From positions 1-64,000 of the IMG/VR virus record IMGVR_UViG_3300045596_000061: a DNA stretch of 64,000 nt; one strand, 5' to 3'. The notes under the pieces were generated by a model, which saw nothing but the letters and a program-made list of their open reading frames with translations, searched no databases and was not told where the DNA came from. Shown here piece by piece: positions 18,127-30,400 of this stretch; position 1 is the first letter of the stretch, and each line of letters starts with the position of its first letter. This stretch comes from a virus (lineage: Duplodnaviria; Caudoviricetes). Position numbers and translations under genes: made by a program.

Positions 18127-21100
18127 TTATAACTTACATCTAAGAGTATATTCCCTTGTATCAACAGACATATTATCCCATTCTACTTTGGCTTTTATTT
18201 CACTTGCATAATCCTCTTTAATCCTATTCTTTGACTCAGGGTCTAAAGAATCCCAATTAAATAAAGCCTTCTCATGGTAATCAAGTTCCTCATCATCAAT
18301 ATCTGATAACTTTTCAGCATCTGTTACTGCCTGTGTAAAGTTTTCAATATAAGAGTATCTGCCTAATGACCTCATATAATCTTCTTTTGATATTATAATA
18401 GGTATCCAAGAACCTTTACCTGTTTCAGTTAAGTATGGCTGAACTACCTTTAATACATTATTATATCCGTTACCTAACTTCATTATTATCCAAGTAGCAA
18501 CTCCACCTTCTGTAGACTCTCCATCTCTAATCATCCTATTTTTTGCTTTTTCAACAAAACTTCTTATAGATGGTTTATCTATAGCATCATACTCTCTTTT
18601 TAAATCATAGGCTTCCTGCTCACTTTGTACTACTTTTATCTCTCTGAATCTTATATCATCATTGGTAGTGCTATAAGTTCCTATATTATCAGTTGCTGAT
18701 TTAACTTGATTAGAATTACCTATAATATACATCCAATCAGTATCTCCATTAGAAGATTTCATTGGTTCAAAAATAGCTCCATCATATTCAGAAGCACTTA
18801 CCTCACCTTTTATTGCTTTATGTGTAGGATTTTTAATATTTAAAAACACTTCATACACAGAAGCTGTATTTCCAGTTTTTAACTTATATAAATCAGACCA
18901 TTTATCTATACTGTTTTTACCACCAAAGTAAAAACCGTTTCCCCAAAATTGTCTTCCTATGCCTTTTTTATCAAATTCTCTATTAAAAATATTAATACCT
19001 TTATTTCCACTATGATAAACAACTAATGGTTCACCATTTTCATCTACTACTTTACTTGCTTCTTTAGGATTACTCTCCCAATCACCAAACCACTCCTTAA
19101 ATGCTTTAGTTCTTACGTGAACATATTGCCTTTCAGTTAAATTTGACTTTTTACCATTAGGAGCTAATAAATTACCTTCAGCATCTCTTGGAGCTTTAGT
19201 AAGAATATCCTTCATCTCTTGAGTATATTCTTCTCCCTTATTCCTATTAGTATTATTAGCTCTTGAAGTATGCACTTCTCTATTAAAATATTTACTATTA
19301 TTAATATCAAAGAATACTTTATTAAGCTCTAAGTCTTTACCTCTTAGTTTATTGACAAAATTCTTAAGACTTCTCCATAGTCTTGTAAAGAAGCCTATAT
19401 AACCTTCTTCATCCTGTGTATATTGTCTATAGTCTTCTGCCAGTCTTTCCTCAAGCTGAAGTAGAGATAGATTATTACCATACTTCTGTCTTGCAGCTTT
19501 CATAGTATAATTAATCTCATTGTCTGTCATAAGACAATTAAATACAAAGTGAAAAGCTTCATGATAAGTAGTACCTCTTGCAGCTAACTTACTTACTTCT
19601 ATAAGACCATCTTTAAATCTACCATAGGCATATCTATTCCTACTACCTTTAATCTTAATAAAACCTTCTATTAATCTTACTCTTTCATCTCTACTTAGCT
19701 GGGGTAATATTTTAGCAAGTTTTCTTTCTTCTCTTCTTATAGCTTCAAGCCTCTTAAGTTTCTCAGACTCTGTTACATTAGAATTATTTTCTTTTATCTC
19801 TGAGTATCTTGTATTAGTTAGCTGTGCTATGACTTCTGATATACTCTCTGTTTTTTCACTTTGTTTAGCACTGATTTCCCTAAGTATTTTATTTCTCTTA
19901 GGAGTTCTTAAGTTGCTTAAAGTCTGTAAGTCTTCATCAGATATATGCTCTCTTATATTACTTATTATTATATCATCAGATACAGTATTAGTTAAATTAA
20001 GACTGTCTAACTTTGCTTCTCTACTATCAGCATTTTGAGGTACTGAAGTTAAATCCTGATTATTATTATTATTATTACTGCTGTTATTAGTACTCTCAGG
20101 TAGCAGCTTCCATTTATTATTCTCAAACTGCAAATTAGTAGGATATTCACTGCCTTTATCATCAATCAGCATAAAATTTCCATACATATTAGGACTACTA
20201 TCTACAGTAAGAGTTATCCACTCATTTGTAAGAGGGTTTACATTATAACTAATTTTTGTACCTATAGTTATCTTAGAAGACTGTGCATTATTCTGACTAC
20301 TTACTTGCACTCCATTCTCTTTTACTTTCTTTAAGTTATTTTCAGCATCTAATAATTTCTGTTTTAGAGATTGCTCTTTAGAATTATTGTCATCCACATC
20401 CTTTTGATACTCTTTAATTGTTGACTCAACAATCTCTTTATTATCATAAGCAGGGTCAGAATTACCATTATTAAGAGCAGTTAATTTTTCATTCAGCATT
20501 TTTATTTGAGTTTCTCTAAACTCTATAATTGCTTTACTGTCATTCAGTGCTTTCTTAGCATCTCTTACTGTTTTCTCTGCATTAGTAAGGTCTTTATTAT
20601 ATTGTTCTTTAGCAAGCTCCTCAGCAGTTTTCTGTTTTTGAGCAGTAGGATTACTTTCTGTAGATGCAATAGTTCCTGCTTTAGTATTAGTTCCTGCTTT
20701 AGTTATAGGATTGATAGTAAAGAAATCATTAACTGTATGAGAAGCATTGGCTTCTATGTTAGTCATACCTATCTCACCTATAAGATTATTATAGGCTACT
20801 GTTACTCCTCCAGAATCTTTAATTTCTCCTCCTATATTATTGAGTTCCACTTGATAAGGAATACTATGATTATTCAAATATGTCTTTATATCTTGAATAT
20901 TAAAACCATCTTTAGTCTTAATGAATACCTCACCATTAATTCTTAATTTACCATTTTCTATATCAAGAAAAGTATCTGAATTATCTTCTATAGCTAATAA
21001 TGATAATAAAGTATCTTTCCACTGCATAGCATCATCTTTTCCTATGGAGTTAAGACTTTCAAGATGCTTATTAATTATCCTTGTAAGTTCAAAGTTACTA

Positions 21101-24100
21101 TCACTATTATATGCTTGCATAGTAAATGTTACAGGATAGTATCTTCTATTAGGGTCAGAAGTTCTTATAAGCAAAAATGGCTTACCAAGTTTTGCATTTA
21201 ATGGAGACATTATTATATTACTTCCATTAGCATCTTCATTCCAAGAATTATTATATATTATCTTTGCACTACCATCTTTATTTTCTCCAACAAGTATTCC
21301 TATCTTTACTCCTGTAGGACTTATAGTATTAAGGGTATTCCTTTTATCATTCTGTATATATTTAGGAGTACCAACATATAATCCTGATATTTTAGACTCA
21401 TATCCTTCAATAGTAAACATAGCACCATCAGCTATCTTACCCTTGTTACTTGCTTCATTATATCTACTTATAGCTATATTATAGAAATCTCTAAGTCCAG
21501 GATATTTATCAAAGGAGTTTCCATCCATATTACTTGGTAAGTCTCCTATAATATTATTCTTCTTATCAAGTATAAATATTACTACAGGAACTTCACTCTC
21601 CCCATTAAACTTTTCTTCAAATTCTTTAGATATAGCAAAGTGTACTTTAGTATCATTCTTTATAGAACTTTCTTTATCTCCTCCTTGATTAGCTCTTGTA
21701 AATACTCCTTGAGTATTCAGGAAATCCCATAATTTAGCATAGAAACTTCTTTTCTTTTCACTTATGTCTGTTCTACCTTCTATAGATTTAGCATAAGACT
21801 GACCACTTTTAACACCTGCAATACCTCTACTATATTGTGAAGTACCTATTTTCCAATAATTATATTTATCACTTTCAGGATTAGTAGTTAATGACTTTTC
21901 TTTATCCTTATTAGTACTAGAATTAGTTAATTCTATACTATTACTACTGTCATCTATCTCACTAATATTAGGAGTTACAACTCTATGGTCAACAGCTTTC
22001 TTCTCTGGTTCCCCTTTAACTGTTCCATTAGGATTATTCACAGGAGGAGCAGCATTAGGGTCTTTACCCTGATTGTCTCTCTCTGATTCTGCTTTAGCTG
22101 CTTCAACTTCCTTATTAAGAGCTTCAGCATTTGGCAAATCCTCTAATTCTTTCTCATCTAAATCAACAGCATTCTTTGCTCTCTCTAATGCCTCCTTGGT
22201 CTTATCAATTTTTTTCTGTGCCTCTGCTTCTGTCTCTTCTTCTATTCTATCTAATAAAGTATTCTTCTGCTCTTCTGTAAGTACAGGATTATTAGGGTCA
22301 ATACCCTCTTTAGCATAGTAGTCTGCTGTAACTTTATTAGCTATAGCACTATATTGTTCATCACCTAATGTTTCTCTACTATCTATAGGATTAAAAGCCT
22401 GACTGTTTAAATTGAGAGACTGCACTACATCATCACTAATAGCTACACTATTATCCATAGCTTGAGAAGCTCTTGCAGCAGTCTCAGCATCCTCATGTTG
22501 CTTTAGCTTTTCTTTAATATTTACTGCCTTTTTCCTAATCTTAAGAGCAGTTGTTATACTATTTATAATCTCATTTTCTTCAGAAGTCCTATTACTTTTT
22601 TTATTTAAAGCATCAAGAGCAGTTTGCAGAGTATTCTCATCATACTTACTATTTAAATCTGAAGGTAACATACCTGACATATTATCATTAACTTCATCTT
22701 GAGTATTTTTATCCTGTGCATCTTTAGCTGCTTTTGCCTTAGCTTCATCTACTAATTCAGGATTATTCATATACTCAACATAAGTGCCCCAGAAAGTATG
22801 AGAATCTGCTCTTAAAGCCCCTGCATCATTAAGATTACCAATAGTATTATTAATCTGTAATTCAGATTTGCCAGCTTTTCTCATACCATCTATAAGTTTT
22901 TTACTAAAAGAGTCTGCTCCTTCCTTAGTTGCTGTAGCACTAAAGTATATACCTGTAATATCTTTTGTATTAAGCCCCTTTGTATCTATAGCTGCAAATC
23001 CTTTAGGAGTACTTTTATCATCTATAGTAACTCTACCTTCATCTATACCATATGACTTAGCTATTTTATCAGCTGTATCACCCTCTTCAGCCTTAACAAA
23101 TAGAGAACTAGGAAAATTACTCTTCTCTGCCTCCATTATACTATCTATTCTCTTATTATCAGCATTAGACATGTGATATAAATATGTAAGATTATCCTCT
23201 TGGTCAGTAGTAAGCTTTCCATGAGTCATAGCATTAACATCTTTCATAGCATTTAAATAAGAATCTACTTTCTCATTAAGAACTTTTGAATTTCTTGAAA
23301 GCTCCTGCCTTATATCATCATTAGTATATTGACTTCCTGTTTTCTCATTTATCTTTCTTACATTATCCTCATTTACATAAGTACCTATATAAGTATCTCT
23401 GTTCAAATCTACCTCACTATAAGTAGGTTCTTGAGTTTTTAATTCTTTAAGAGCTTTCTTTGCTATATCAAGATTTCTTCTTATCTGTTTTCTTTCTTTC
23501 CTTGAAAGACTACTGCCTTCATTAGTCTCTCTATACCTATTATCATCTTCCCCAGTATTATCATCAGCATTACTTTCAGGGTTTTCTCCTCTAAGCATTG
23601 CCTCCATTCTTGCTATCTTCTTTTCAAGGTTATCTCTTCTTGAATTATATGCTGTCACATTTGCCTTCTTTTCAGCAGAGGTAACTTTTCTAGTACTCTT
23701 ATCTATAAGATTCTGTATATCTTCATCAGACATATTCTCTGAATAAGCACTATACATAGCTTTAAGGTCATCAATCTTACCTGCTCTTGCAAATGCCTGT
23801 ATAGTTGCTGCTACTTTCTTCTCATCTTCATCCTTATATGTCTTTTTATCATTATTGTCAACAGCATTATTCTGCCTTGCTTGATGATAAGCCTGTACTC
23901 CTAAGTCAAGTAATGTTTTATTAAAGAAGTCTTCTTCAGAAGTTATGCTGTTTAATGCCTCTGCATTAGTTTTAGCATTCTTCATTCTTCTATTATAATC
24001 CATTACTTTTTGAATAGAACTTCCCTCCCAAGATATATATCTTCTTGGGTCTAACTTTGATTTAGTTTTATCCTGATTAAACACCTTAGTAGGCATACCC

Positions 24101-25650
24101 ATACCTATAGCACCTGTTAAAGCACCTACTGCAAATTGCTCCCATTGATTAAAATCCCCCCAAGACTCATTAAAGCCTTTACTAAAAGCACCTACAGCAG
24201 ATGCTGCTGTCTTTACACTCTCAGGGTCTAGTCTTGCTCTCCAATAGTCATTAGGGTCTTCTCTATGATAATAATCACCAACACCACTTTGAATCCATTG
24301 CTGATTCATTTCTTCAGCACCTTCTTTAACAGGATTAACTAAAGCTGCTCTTACTCTTGGTAATGGTAATACTGCCTTTGCACTATAATTAAATGGATTT
24401 TCAACAGCAGTTCCTGCTCCTGCTTTAGCAGTAGCTTCTTTTGTAGTTCCACTTATATCTTTAACTCCTGCTTTTATAAATCCAGCTCCTTCTGCTTTAT
24501 TAGTAGCTGCCGTTATTTTAGCTGCACTTTCATAAGATTTTGAGAAAGCCTTACCAAACTGAAGCAAGTTACCAAATGTTAATAGTGGTATATTAAGTGC
24601 CATAATTCTATTACCCATTTTCCTACCATCTTCAGCTATCTGTGCTTTACCTGCCTGTAGTTCTTGCTGTAATTGGTTTTGTGTATTCTTGAATTTCTCA
24701 TATGCAGGGTCATAATACCTACCATCTCTTCCTCTTACAAGATTACCTTTAGTAGCATTATACTCTGCCTGTGCTGCATTATATTTAGAATATATAATGT
24801 CTTCAAGCTGTGCATTGTTAAGTTTGACTTCACTGTCTACACCTTGTTTAGCTTCAATAGCACCTTCACCAGCAGCTGAAAATACTGAACTTAATAAAGT
24901 AGAAGTAGTCTTAGCTATCTTACCTGCTTTAGAAGCTGCATTAAGAAGTCCTGTAGCCTTTGAAATAAGACCAAGACCTCCTGCAAAAGTACTTCCTGAA
25001 GCTGCTGCACCTAACATAAAGCCAGCATTTTTTATAACATCATCTGCCCAGAAACTTGTAGACAGTAAATTATCTGTACTCAGCCATGAAGCATTTTTCT
25101 GTTTTTGTGTTCTATAATTAGTAAAATTATTTTCAAAATAATTATCTACATCTGTTAAAGCCTTGGAAGCTTCATTATCCCATAGTCCTGACCATCTTCC
25201 TTCACCTATAGCTGTAGGAATACCTACAACTATATTAGAAAGACCACTTAAGAAAGTAGTAAGAGCTGTACCTCCCATCTTAGCTATACCATTAGCTATT
25301 TGATTTATACCTGATTGATTATTAGCTCTTATATCACCTAAGCCTTCCTCTGTAAAGTCAGTGTCTGTAGCTGATGGATTATCAAACTTACTTTGACCCC
25401 AAGACCTATTAGTTCCAGTAAGTGGTGAACTTATTCTAGTATCTCCTACAAGACTAGGGTCACTTGTAGTTATATAATTATTTGGGTGATTTTTAATTAT
25501 CCAATCATTAATAGAATTTATTGTGCTGTCATCAGGAACTGCCTTCTGATAAGCTTCATTATTAAGAGCCTGAAGTTGTCTATATCCTTCAGGTCCTTGC
25601 TTAGTTATATCAAAATTAACACTTGCTTTCTGTTTACTCTTTCTAGGCAT
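18127..25650 (-). CDS. giant virion cargo (polyvalent) protein with zincin HEAFH and ART-PolyVal-like ADP-ribosyltransferase domains
   Basis: 2507 aa; Gly/Ala-rich hydrophobic N-region; TYHEAFH...EERLAE; RTKAFKEWFGDW...SKVVDENGEPLVVYH...GFYF...FLNIKNP...YDG...NQVKSATDN. Confidence 0.75.
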   Translation of the reverse strand: MPRKSKQKASVNFDITKQGPEGYRQLQALNNEAYQKAVPDDSTINSINDWIIKNHPNNYITTSDPSLVGDTRISSPLTGTNRSWGQSKFDNPSATDTDFTEEGLGDIRANNQSGINQIANGIAKMGGTALTTFLSGLSNIVVGIPTAIGEGRWSGLWDNEASKALTDVDNYFENNFTNYRTQKQKNASWLSTDNLLSTSFWADDVIKNAGFMLGAAASGSTFAGGLGLISKATGLLNAASKAGKIAKTTSTLLSSVFSAAGEGAIEAKQGVDSEVKLNNAQLEDIIYSKYNAAQAEYNATKGNLVRGRDGRYYDPAYEKFKNTQNQLQQELQAGKAQIAEDGRKMGNRIMALNIPLLTFGNLLQFGKAFSKSYESAAKITAATNKAEGAGFIKAGVKDISGTTKEATAKAGAGTAVENPFNYSAKAVLPLPRVRAALVNPVKEGAEEMNQQWIQSGVGDYYHREDPNDYWRARLDPESVKTAASAVGAFSKGFNESWGDFNQWEQFAVGALTGAIGMGMPTKVFNQDKTKSKLDPRRYISWEGSSIQKVMDYNRRMKNAKTNAEALNSITSEEDFFNKTLLDLGVQAYHQARQNNAVDNNDKKTYKDEDEKKVAATIQAFARAGKIDDLKAMYSAYSENMSDEDIQNLIDKSTRKVTSAEKKANVTAYNSRRDNLEKKIARMEAMLRGENPESNADDNTGEDDNRYRETNEGSSLSRKERKQIRRNLDIAKKALKELKTQEPTYSEVDLNRDTYIGTYVNEDNVRKINEKTGSQYTNDDIRQELSRNSKVLNEKVDSYLNAMKDVNAMTHGKLTTDQEDNLTYLYHMSNADNKRIDSIMEAEKSNFPSSLFVKAEEGDTADKIAKSYGIDEGRVTIDDKSTPKGFAAIDTKGLNTKDITGIYFSATATKEGADSFSKKLIDGMRKAGKSELQINNTIGNLNDAGALRADSHTFWGTYVEYMNNPELVDEAKAKAAKDAQDKNTQDEVNDNMSGMLPSDLNSKYDENTLQTALDALNKKSNRTSEENEIINSITTALKIRKKAVNIKEKLKQHEDAETAARASQAMDNSVAISDDVVQSLNLNSQAFNPIDSRETLGDEQYSAIANKVTADYYAKEGIDPNNPVLTEEQKNTLLDRIEEETEAEAQKKIDKTKEALERAKNAVDLDEKELEDLPNAEALNKEVEAAKAESERDNQGKDPNAAPPVNNPNGTVKGEPEKKAVDHRVVTPNISEIDDSSNSIELTNSSTNKDKEKSLTTNPESDKYNYWKIGTSQYSRGIAGVKSGQSYAKSIEGRTDISEKKRSFYAKLWDFLNTQGVFTRANQGGDKESSIKNDTKVHFAISKEFEEKFNGESEVPVVIFILDKKNNIIGDLPSNMDGNSFDKYPGLRDFYNIAISRYNEASNKGKIADGAMFTIEGYESKISGLYVGTPKYIQNDKRNTLNTISPTGVKIGILVGENKDGSAKIIYNNSWNEDANGSNIIMSPLNAKLGKPFLLIRTSDPNRRYYPVTFTMQAYNSDSNFELTRIINKHLESLNSIGKDDAMQWKDTLLSLLAIEDNSDTFLDIENGKLRINGEVFIKTKDGFNIQDIKTYLNNHSIPYQVELNNIGGEIKDSGGVTVAYNNLIGEIGMTNIEANASHTVNDFFTINPITKAGTNTKAGTIASTESNPTAQKQKTAEELAKEQYNKDLTNAEKTVRDAKKALNDSKAIIEFRETQIKMLNEKLTALNNGNSDPAYDNKEIVESTIKEYQKDVDDNNSKEQSLKQKLLDAENNLKKVKENGVQVSSQNNAQSSKITIGTKISYNVNPLTNEWITLTVDSSPNMYGNFMLIDDKGSEYPTNLQFENNKWKLLPESTNNSSNNNNNNQDLTSVPQNADSREAKLDSLNLTNTVSDDIIISNIREHISDEDLQTLSNLRTPKRNKILREISAKQSEKTESISEVIAQLTNTRYSEIKENNSNVTESEKLKRLEAIRREERKLAKILPQLSRDERVRLIEGFIKIKGSRNRYAYGRFKDGLIEVSKLAARGTTYHEAFHFVFNCLMTDNEINYTMKAARQKYGNNLSLLQLEERLAEDYRQYTQDEEGYIGFFTRLWRSLKNFVNKLRGKDLELNKVFFDINNSKYFNREVHTSRANNTNRNKGEEYTQEMKDILTKAPRDAEGNLLAPNGKKSNLTERQYVHVRTKAFKEWFGDWESNPKEASKVVDENGEPLVVYHSGNKGINIFNREFDKKGIGRQFWGNGFYFGGKNSIDKWSDLYKLKTGNTASVYEVFLNIKNPTHKAIKGEVSASEYDGAIFEPMKSSNGDTDWMYIIGNSNQVKSATDNIGTYSTTNDDIRFREIKVVQSEQEAYDLKREYDAIDKPSIRSFVEKAKNRMIRDGESTEGGVATWIIMKLGNGYNNVLKVVQPYLTETGKGSWIPIIISKEDYMRSLGRYSYIENFTQAVTDAEKLSDIDDEELDYHEKALFNWDSLDPESKNRIKEDYASEIKAKVEWDNMSVDTREYTLRCKL

Positions 25651-25692
25651 AATTATAAATTATTACTATTATTAATATATTGTTCCATGCAG

Positions 25693-27492
25693 TTAATTAT
25701 TCTGACTGCTATCTTCATTATTCAAATCAGAATCATCACTATAGTCAAGATTTCCTGAAACAGTATTATCATAATTGATAGTCTTCATACCTGACTCAGG
25801 ATTTACAGTAGCTGCTTGCTGATTAATATACATTTGATTTATCTTAATTGCATTATACAGGTATTCTTTCTGCTTAGGAGTTAAGTTTTTATTTTTAAAT
25901 TTACTAAGTAAATCATTAGCTGTATCAGCATAACTATCAGCTCTGTTATAATTAAATATATTCATAGCTCTATTAACAGGCAGATAAATAGAAGTATTAT
26001 CTTTTAGTTTAACTTCTATAGCATCACCATGTTTCTTACCACCTATAATATGTGTAGTAAATGTAGCTCCATCTAATTTATCTCTGCTTATAGTACCTGT
26101 CTGCTTAAAGTATCTCTTACCATTTTCATTGACATACTCCATAGTAGGAATATCCCCACTACCATGATAAGCTCCTATATAAGTATCTGCAAAATCTTTT
26201 CTATTAGCTATTCCTACTCTATAGGCAATGTCTCTATTAGCATTTAGTCTGCCTCTATTAATAGATTGTTCAAACAGTAATCCTACTCTTCCTGGACCTG
26301 CAATTCTACCATTTTTATTAGCTTTCATAAATTTACCTGCACCTATACTATCTATATATTGCTTAAATAGATTGGGCTGTTTAACTGGAACTACATTACC
26401 ACCATATAAAACCCCATTATATTGGGTTTGCTTAGCATTATATAATTTTATTCCTGCATTATTTATATAATAATGACCATTAGCTCCTTTAGTAAAGTAT
26501 TGTTTATATTTATTAGCAGCTGCATCTAATTCTTTAACCTCTGCTGGAGTATATAAATTCATAGGGTTTGCATCCTTACCTGAGAAAGTATTTTGATTAC
26601 TCAATTGTGCTGCCTGTTTTTGTTCATCAAGTCTATACTGATGCTGCTGTGCTGCTAATGCAGACTGCATATTATATCTATCCTCATAATCCTTATACTG
26701 TGTAGTACCTATTCCTTGAAATAAACCTGCATTAGCCATACTGTTTACAAATGGCATAAGTTCCTGCTGCCTTGCCTCACTGAAATTACTTATACCTGAA
26801 GACTTAACAGTTATATCCCTCATACCCTGAAGAGCTTTAACTATACTTGGATTACCAGATGCCATACCATCATTAATAGCTGCAAGTACATCCTGATAAG
26901 AAGCACCATTTTTAAATTTACCCTCATATTGAAATGGGAATATCTCTTTAAGTTTATCTGGATGCTCTGTAAGGTCTTTAGCAAATGCAGCTGCCATAGA
27001 TGCTGTCTGTGACATAATCTGCTTACCGTCAATAGAAGTATAACTAAGAGAAGGATTATCTATATAATCATCAAGACTTGTTGTAGAGGCATCCCTACTT
27101 GGTCTTATATAAGGATTAACAGCATTAGCTTTCCTTTGTTCCTCAGCTTCTTTAGCTCTCTTAGTAAATGCTTGCTCTATAGGAATAATATACTTTGAAT
27201 AATCTGATTTCATATTCATAAGAGAAGCCCTACTTAAAGGAGTAAGACCATTTTTAGCCAAATCATCTGCCTGTGCCTTTAATGAGTTTGAATAGTTCTT
27301 ATACATAGTATAAGCATTGTGGTCTGTCTGCTCATTAGCCATATTCTCCCATATATTAGCTTTAGTGGCAAGTTCACTATATTGATTTTCAATATCCTGA
27401 TGTGCTTGTGTAGCTCTTAATACTGGGTCTAACATTTCTTGATAAGAGAAGGGCTGAAATTGAGAATTAATTACTAAATTATAATTACTCAT
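25693..27492 (-). CDS. virion cargo protein
   Basis: SQFQPFSYQEML.P N-terminus; lies between cargo 1 and the giant cargo gene as in crAss-like phages. Confidence 0.6.
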   Translation of the reverse strand: MSNYNLVINSQFQPFSYQEMLDPVLRATQAHQDIENQYSELATKANIWENMANEQTDHNAYTMYKNYSNSLKAQADDLAKNGLTPLSRASLMNMKSDYSKYIIPIEQAFTKRAKEAEEQRKANAVNPYIRPSRDASTTSLDDYIDNPSLSYTSIDGKQIMSQTASMAAAFAKDLTEHPDKLKEIFPFQYEGKFKNGASYQDVLAAINDGMASGNPSIVKALQGMRDITVKSSGISNFSEARQQELMPFVNSMANAGLFQGIGTTQYKDYEDRYNMQSALAAQQHQYRLDEQKQAAQLSNQNTFSGKDANPMNLYTPAEVKELDAAANKYKQYFTKGANGHYYINNAGIKLYNAKQTQYNGVLYGGNVVPVKQPNLFKQYIDSIGAGKFMKANKNGRIAGPGRVGLLFEQSINRGRLNANRDIAYRVGIANRKDFADTYIGAYHGSGDIPTMEYVNENGKRYFKQTGTISRDKLDGATFTTHIIGGKKHGDAIEVKLKDNTSIYLPVNRAMNIFNYNRADSYADTANDLLSKFKNKNLTPKQKEYLYNAIKINQMYINQQAATVNPESGMKTINYDNTVSGNLDYSDDSDLNNEDSSQNN

Positions 27493-30400
27493 GCTTGTTT
27501 CCTCCCTCTTTTATTATTAATAGTAAGGTATCCTCCATTACTCTTTTTACTTTTATTTTTAGCTTTAAGATAAGCATTAGCTTGCTTTTTAAGAGCTTCT
27601 GCTTTAGCTTTATAAGTTTGTCCTCCATTAGCAGTAGGTGCATACATTAATGCACGGTTTGCTGTAATCATATTCCTTGCATAGTTTTCTCTGCCTATAT
27701 TACCCATATTATTAAATAAATTAGTAAGATTAGCACTTCTTCCTGCTGAGGCTCTATTAAATATATCATCTCTTAATTTAGCAGACTGCAAAGCAGCATT
27801 AACTCTAAGCTCATCATTCTGTTTATTAGCCATCTGTGCTTTAAGACTGCTCTCAGAGTTAAACTCATTAGTACCTCTATTGAAAGTTCCTACATCCTCT
27901 CTCTGTTTAAGATTATATTCTTCTGCCTGTCTTGCAAGGTCTCCTAATTGATTCTGTGCATTATAATCAGCAGCAAGAATACCTGCTGTAGCTGTAGCCC
28001 TGTTACCATTAGAAGCATTAACTACTCCTCTTCTTGTAGCTCCTGCCTGTGCATTAAGTTTATTAATATAATAATCTCTGTCAAATGGATTATATTGTAA
28101 GTAATTTCCTACAGGAGTTGCTGATACATTTGATAAATGATTTACTGAATTTGCTATTATGTCTGCATTAGTATAATCAGGTTTATTAGTCCATCCCATA
28201 GCATCAGAGAATACACCTAATGCAGAGCCTACTACTGGTGCATATCTCATCCATGTAGGCTCTAAGTCTTGAGTATAAGGTTCATCTTCTTCCTTACTAT
28301 TATTATTATTATACTTAATATTATCCTCTATAATACCTGCTCTGCCTTCAGGATTACTAAGATTAGTAATATTACCCATAATAAGTTTTGTTTCATTTGC
28401 CTTATCTGTAGTATTTGCTATATCCTTAGATATATCATACCCTGCTTGTGCAGCAGAATTTTTATCCCAATATATATTTCCAGCATCATCCTTAAATACA
28501 TTTATCTTAGGGAAAGCAGACTTTTCAGAAAAACTTGGTGTTAAATGGGCATATCCTTGCTTATGGTCATTTCTAAGGTTATTATATAAAGTATTAAAGT
28601 TTGAAACTCTATTACCTTTAGAATCAAGAAGCATGTTGTTCCCTAATTTATTATTAAGATTATTTATATATGCTCTTGTATAGTCATTATCATTATTTAG
28701 TATATAGTTTGTAAATGCTTGATAGTTACTACTATTCTCCATATTCTGCACATCATTAACAGATTTATTGCTATAATAAGGAACATAACCAACATTAATA
28801 CTATTATCAAAAGCAGGATTCACATTATTCCAGTCTACAACATTATAATTGTTACCATTATAATAAGCAGCTTTTTCTTCAGGTGTCATAAACATGTTTC
28901 TGTCAGTATTTCTCATAAAGTCTGAAGATGTAAAGTGTAGTTTTTTCTTATTACCACCACCTAAAAATAAATTACCACCAAAGCCAAACTGAGGTTCCCT
29001 ATTATCAGACTGCATATACTCTTGAGGTACTTGCAAACCTTGCTGCTCTTGAGGATTACCTTGTTGAGCCTGTTGAGCTTGCTGCATCTGTTGTCCTTGC
29101 TGCATTATAGCTAACTGCTGTTCTTTAGGTAATCTCCTGAACTGATTAAGCTGTTTAGTCTGCTTTAAGTCTTCCTGTGAAGTTTGCAGTCTGTCCATAT
29201 TATCTTTAAGACCTGCCTGACTAATAGGGTCATTAGGTCTTTCTTCAGATTCTCTACCTAATAATTCAGCTATATCTGAGAAAGATTTTCCTATATACTT
29301 ATCAGGAAGCTGCCCTGCTTTAAGGGAGTCTTTAGTAGCTTTAAGTCTATTGCTGTAAACATAATCATTATATACAACCTCATCCTGCTCTACTAAATTA
29401 GGTACTCCTTGATTATCTACGCCCATCTGAACTCCCTCATTAGGGTTCTGTTCATGAGTTCCTCCAGTACCTATATTAAGTAATCCTGTAGGAAAATCAC
29501 CACCATTAACAGATAAATCACCACCAAAAGCCTTTTTATGATTCCATTTAGCTGCATTCTGTGCAAATATTGCTCTCCTCCTTGTTAGAGCATTCTTACT
29601 ATGAGTAAGTTCTTCAGTTGATTTTCCTGTAGCTTTTTTAGTAGCATTAAACTTACCTCTATTAGCAGGATTAATATAAATGGAACCTCCATTAGAGAGA
29701 GTATTTGAAGTATTTGTAGCACCAAATGAATTAGGCATAGAAGTTAATTTACTCTGGTTGAGAGTATTAAGTCTTTGATTAGCTAATTGCTGCATTGATA
29801 AATCATATCCTACAGCACTATTATTATATCCATATCCTCCTAAAGGACCTCCATATGCTGAATAATTTGCCATCATATTTAAATCATTATTATAGTCTGA
29901 ATTATTTACTGCATTATTAAATAATAAAGAGGCATTTGATCTGGCTACATTCTGTTGATTTCTAAGTCTTTTATATGTATTACTTGCCTTATTACTGAAT
30001 ATACCATCTCTACCTATATTCTTTTTAGAGAAGTCTGAGCCAAAATTAATACTATTCCAACTATTAGCTAAGTAATTTGTATCACCTTCTCCTATGTTTA
30101 GTGTATTAAGTGAATTATTATTACTTTTAATACTATCTATCTTTTCAGTATTAAGGTTAGCTCCAAATAACTTATTAGTAAGTCCACCAACAACCCCTGA
30201 ACCTGCTTTAATAGCAGCTCCTATAACTTGACCACCAGGAATCATACTTACTATATTCCCTGCTGTACTTCCTATACTATTAATAGTAGACCCAGCTTTT
30301 GAATCAAGTCCATCACTTAAAATACTATACCCTGCTGTACCTACTGCCCCAGATAATGCACCTAAATTATCAGAACTTAAACCAAATATGCTACTCCCAT

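Noticed and set aside
20670-20703. Direct repeat TAGTTCCTGCTTTAGT x2 as CRISPR-like or att site
   Set aside because: In-frame 18-nt tandem duplication (TKAGTN TKAGTI) within a linker; no spacers.
29030-29125. Gln-rich tract in cargo 1 (and a similar one in the portal, about 55500-55560) as repeat elements
   Set aside because: Ordinary low-complexity linker or coiled-coil coding sequence.
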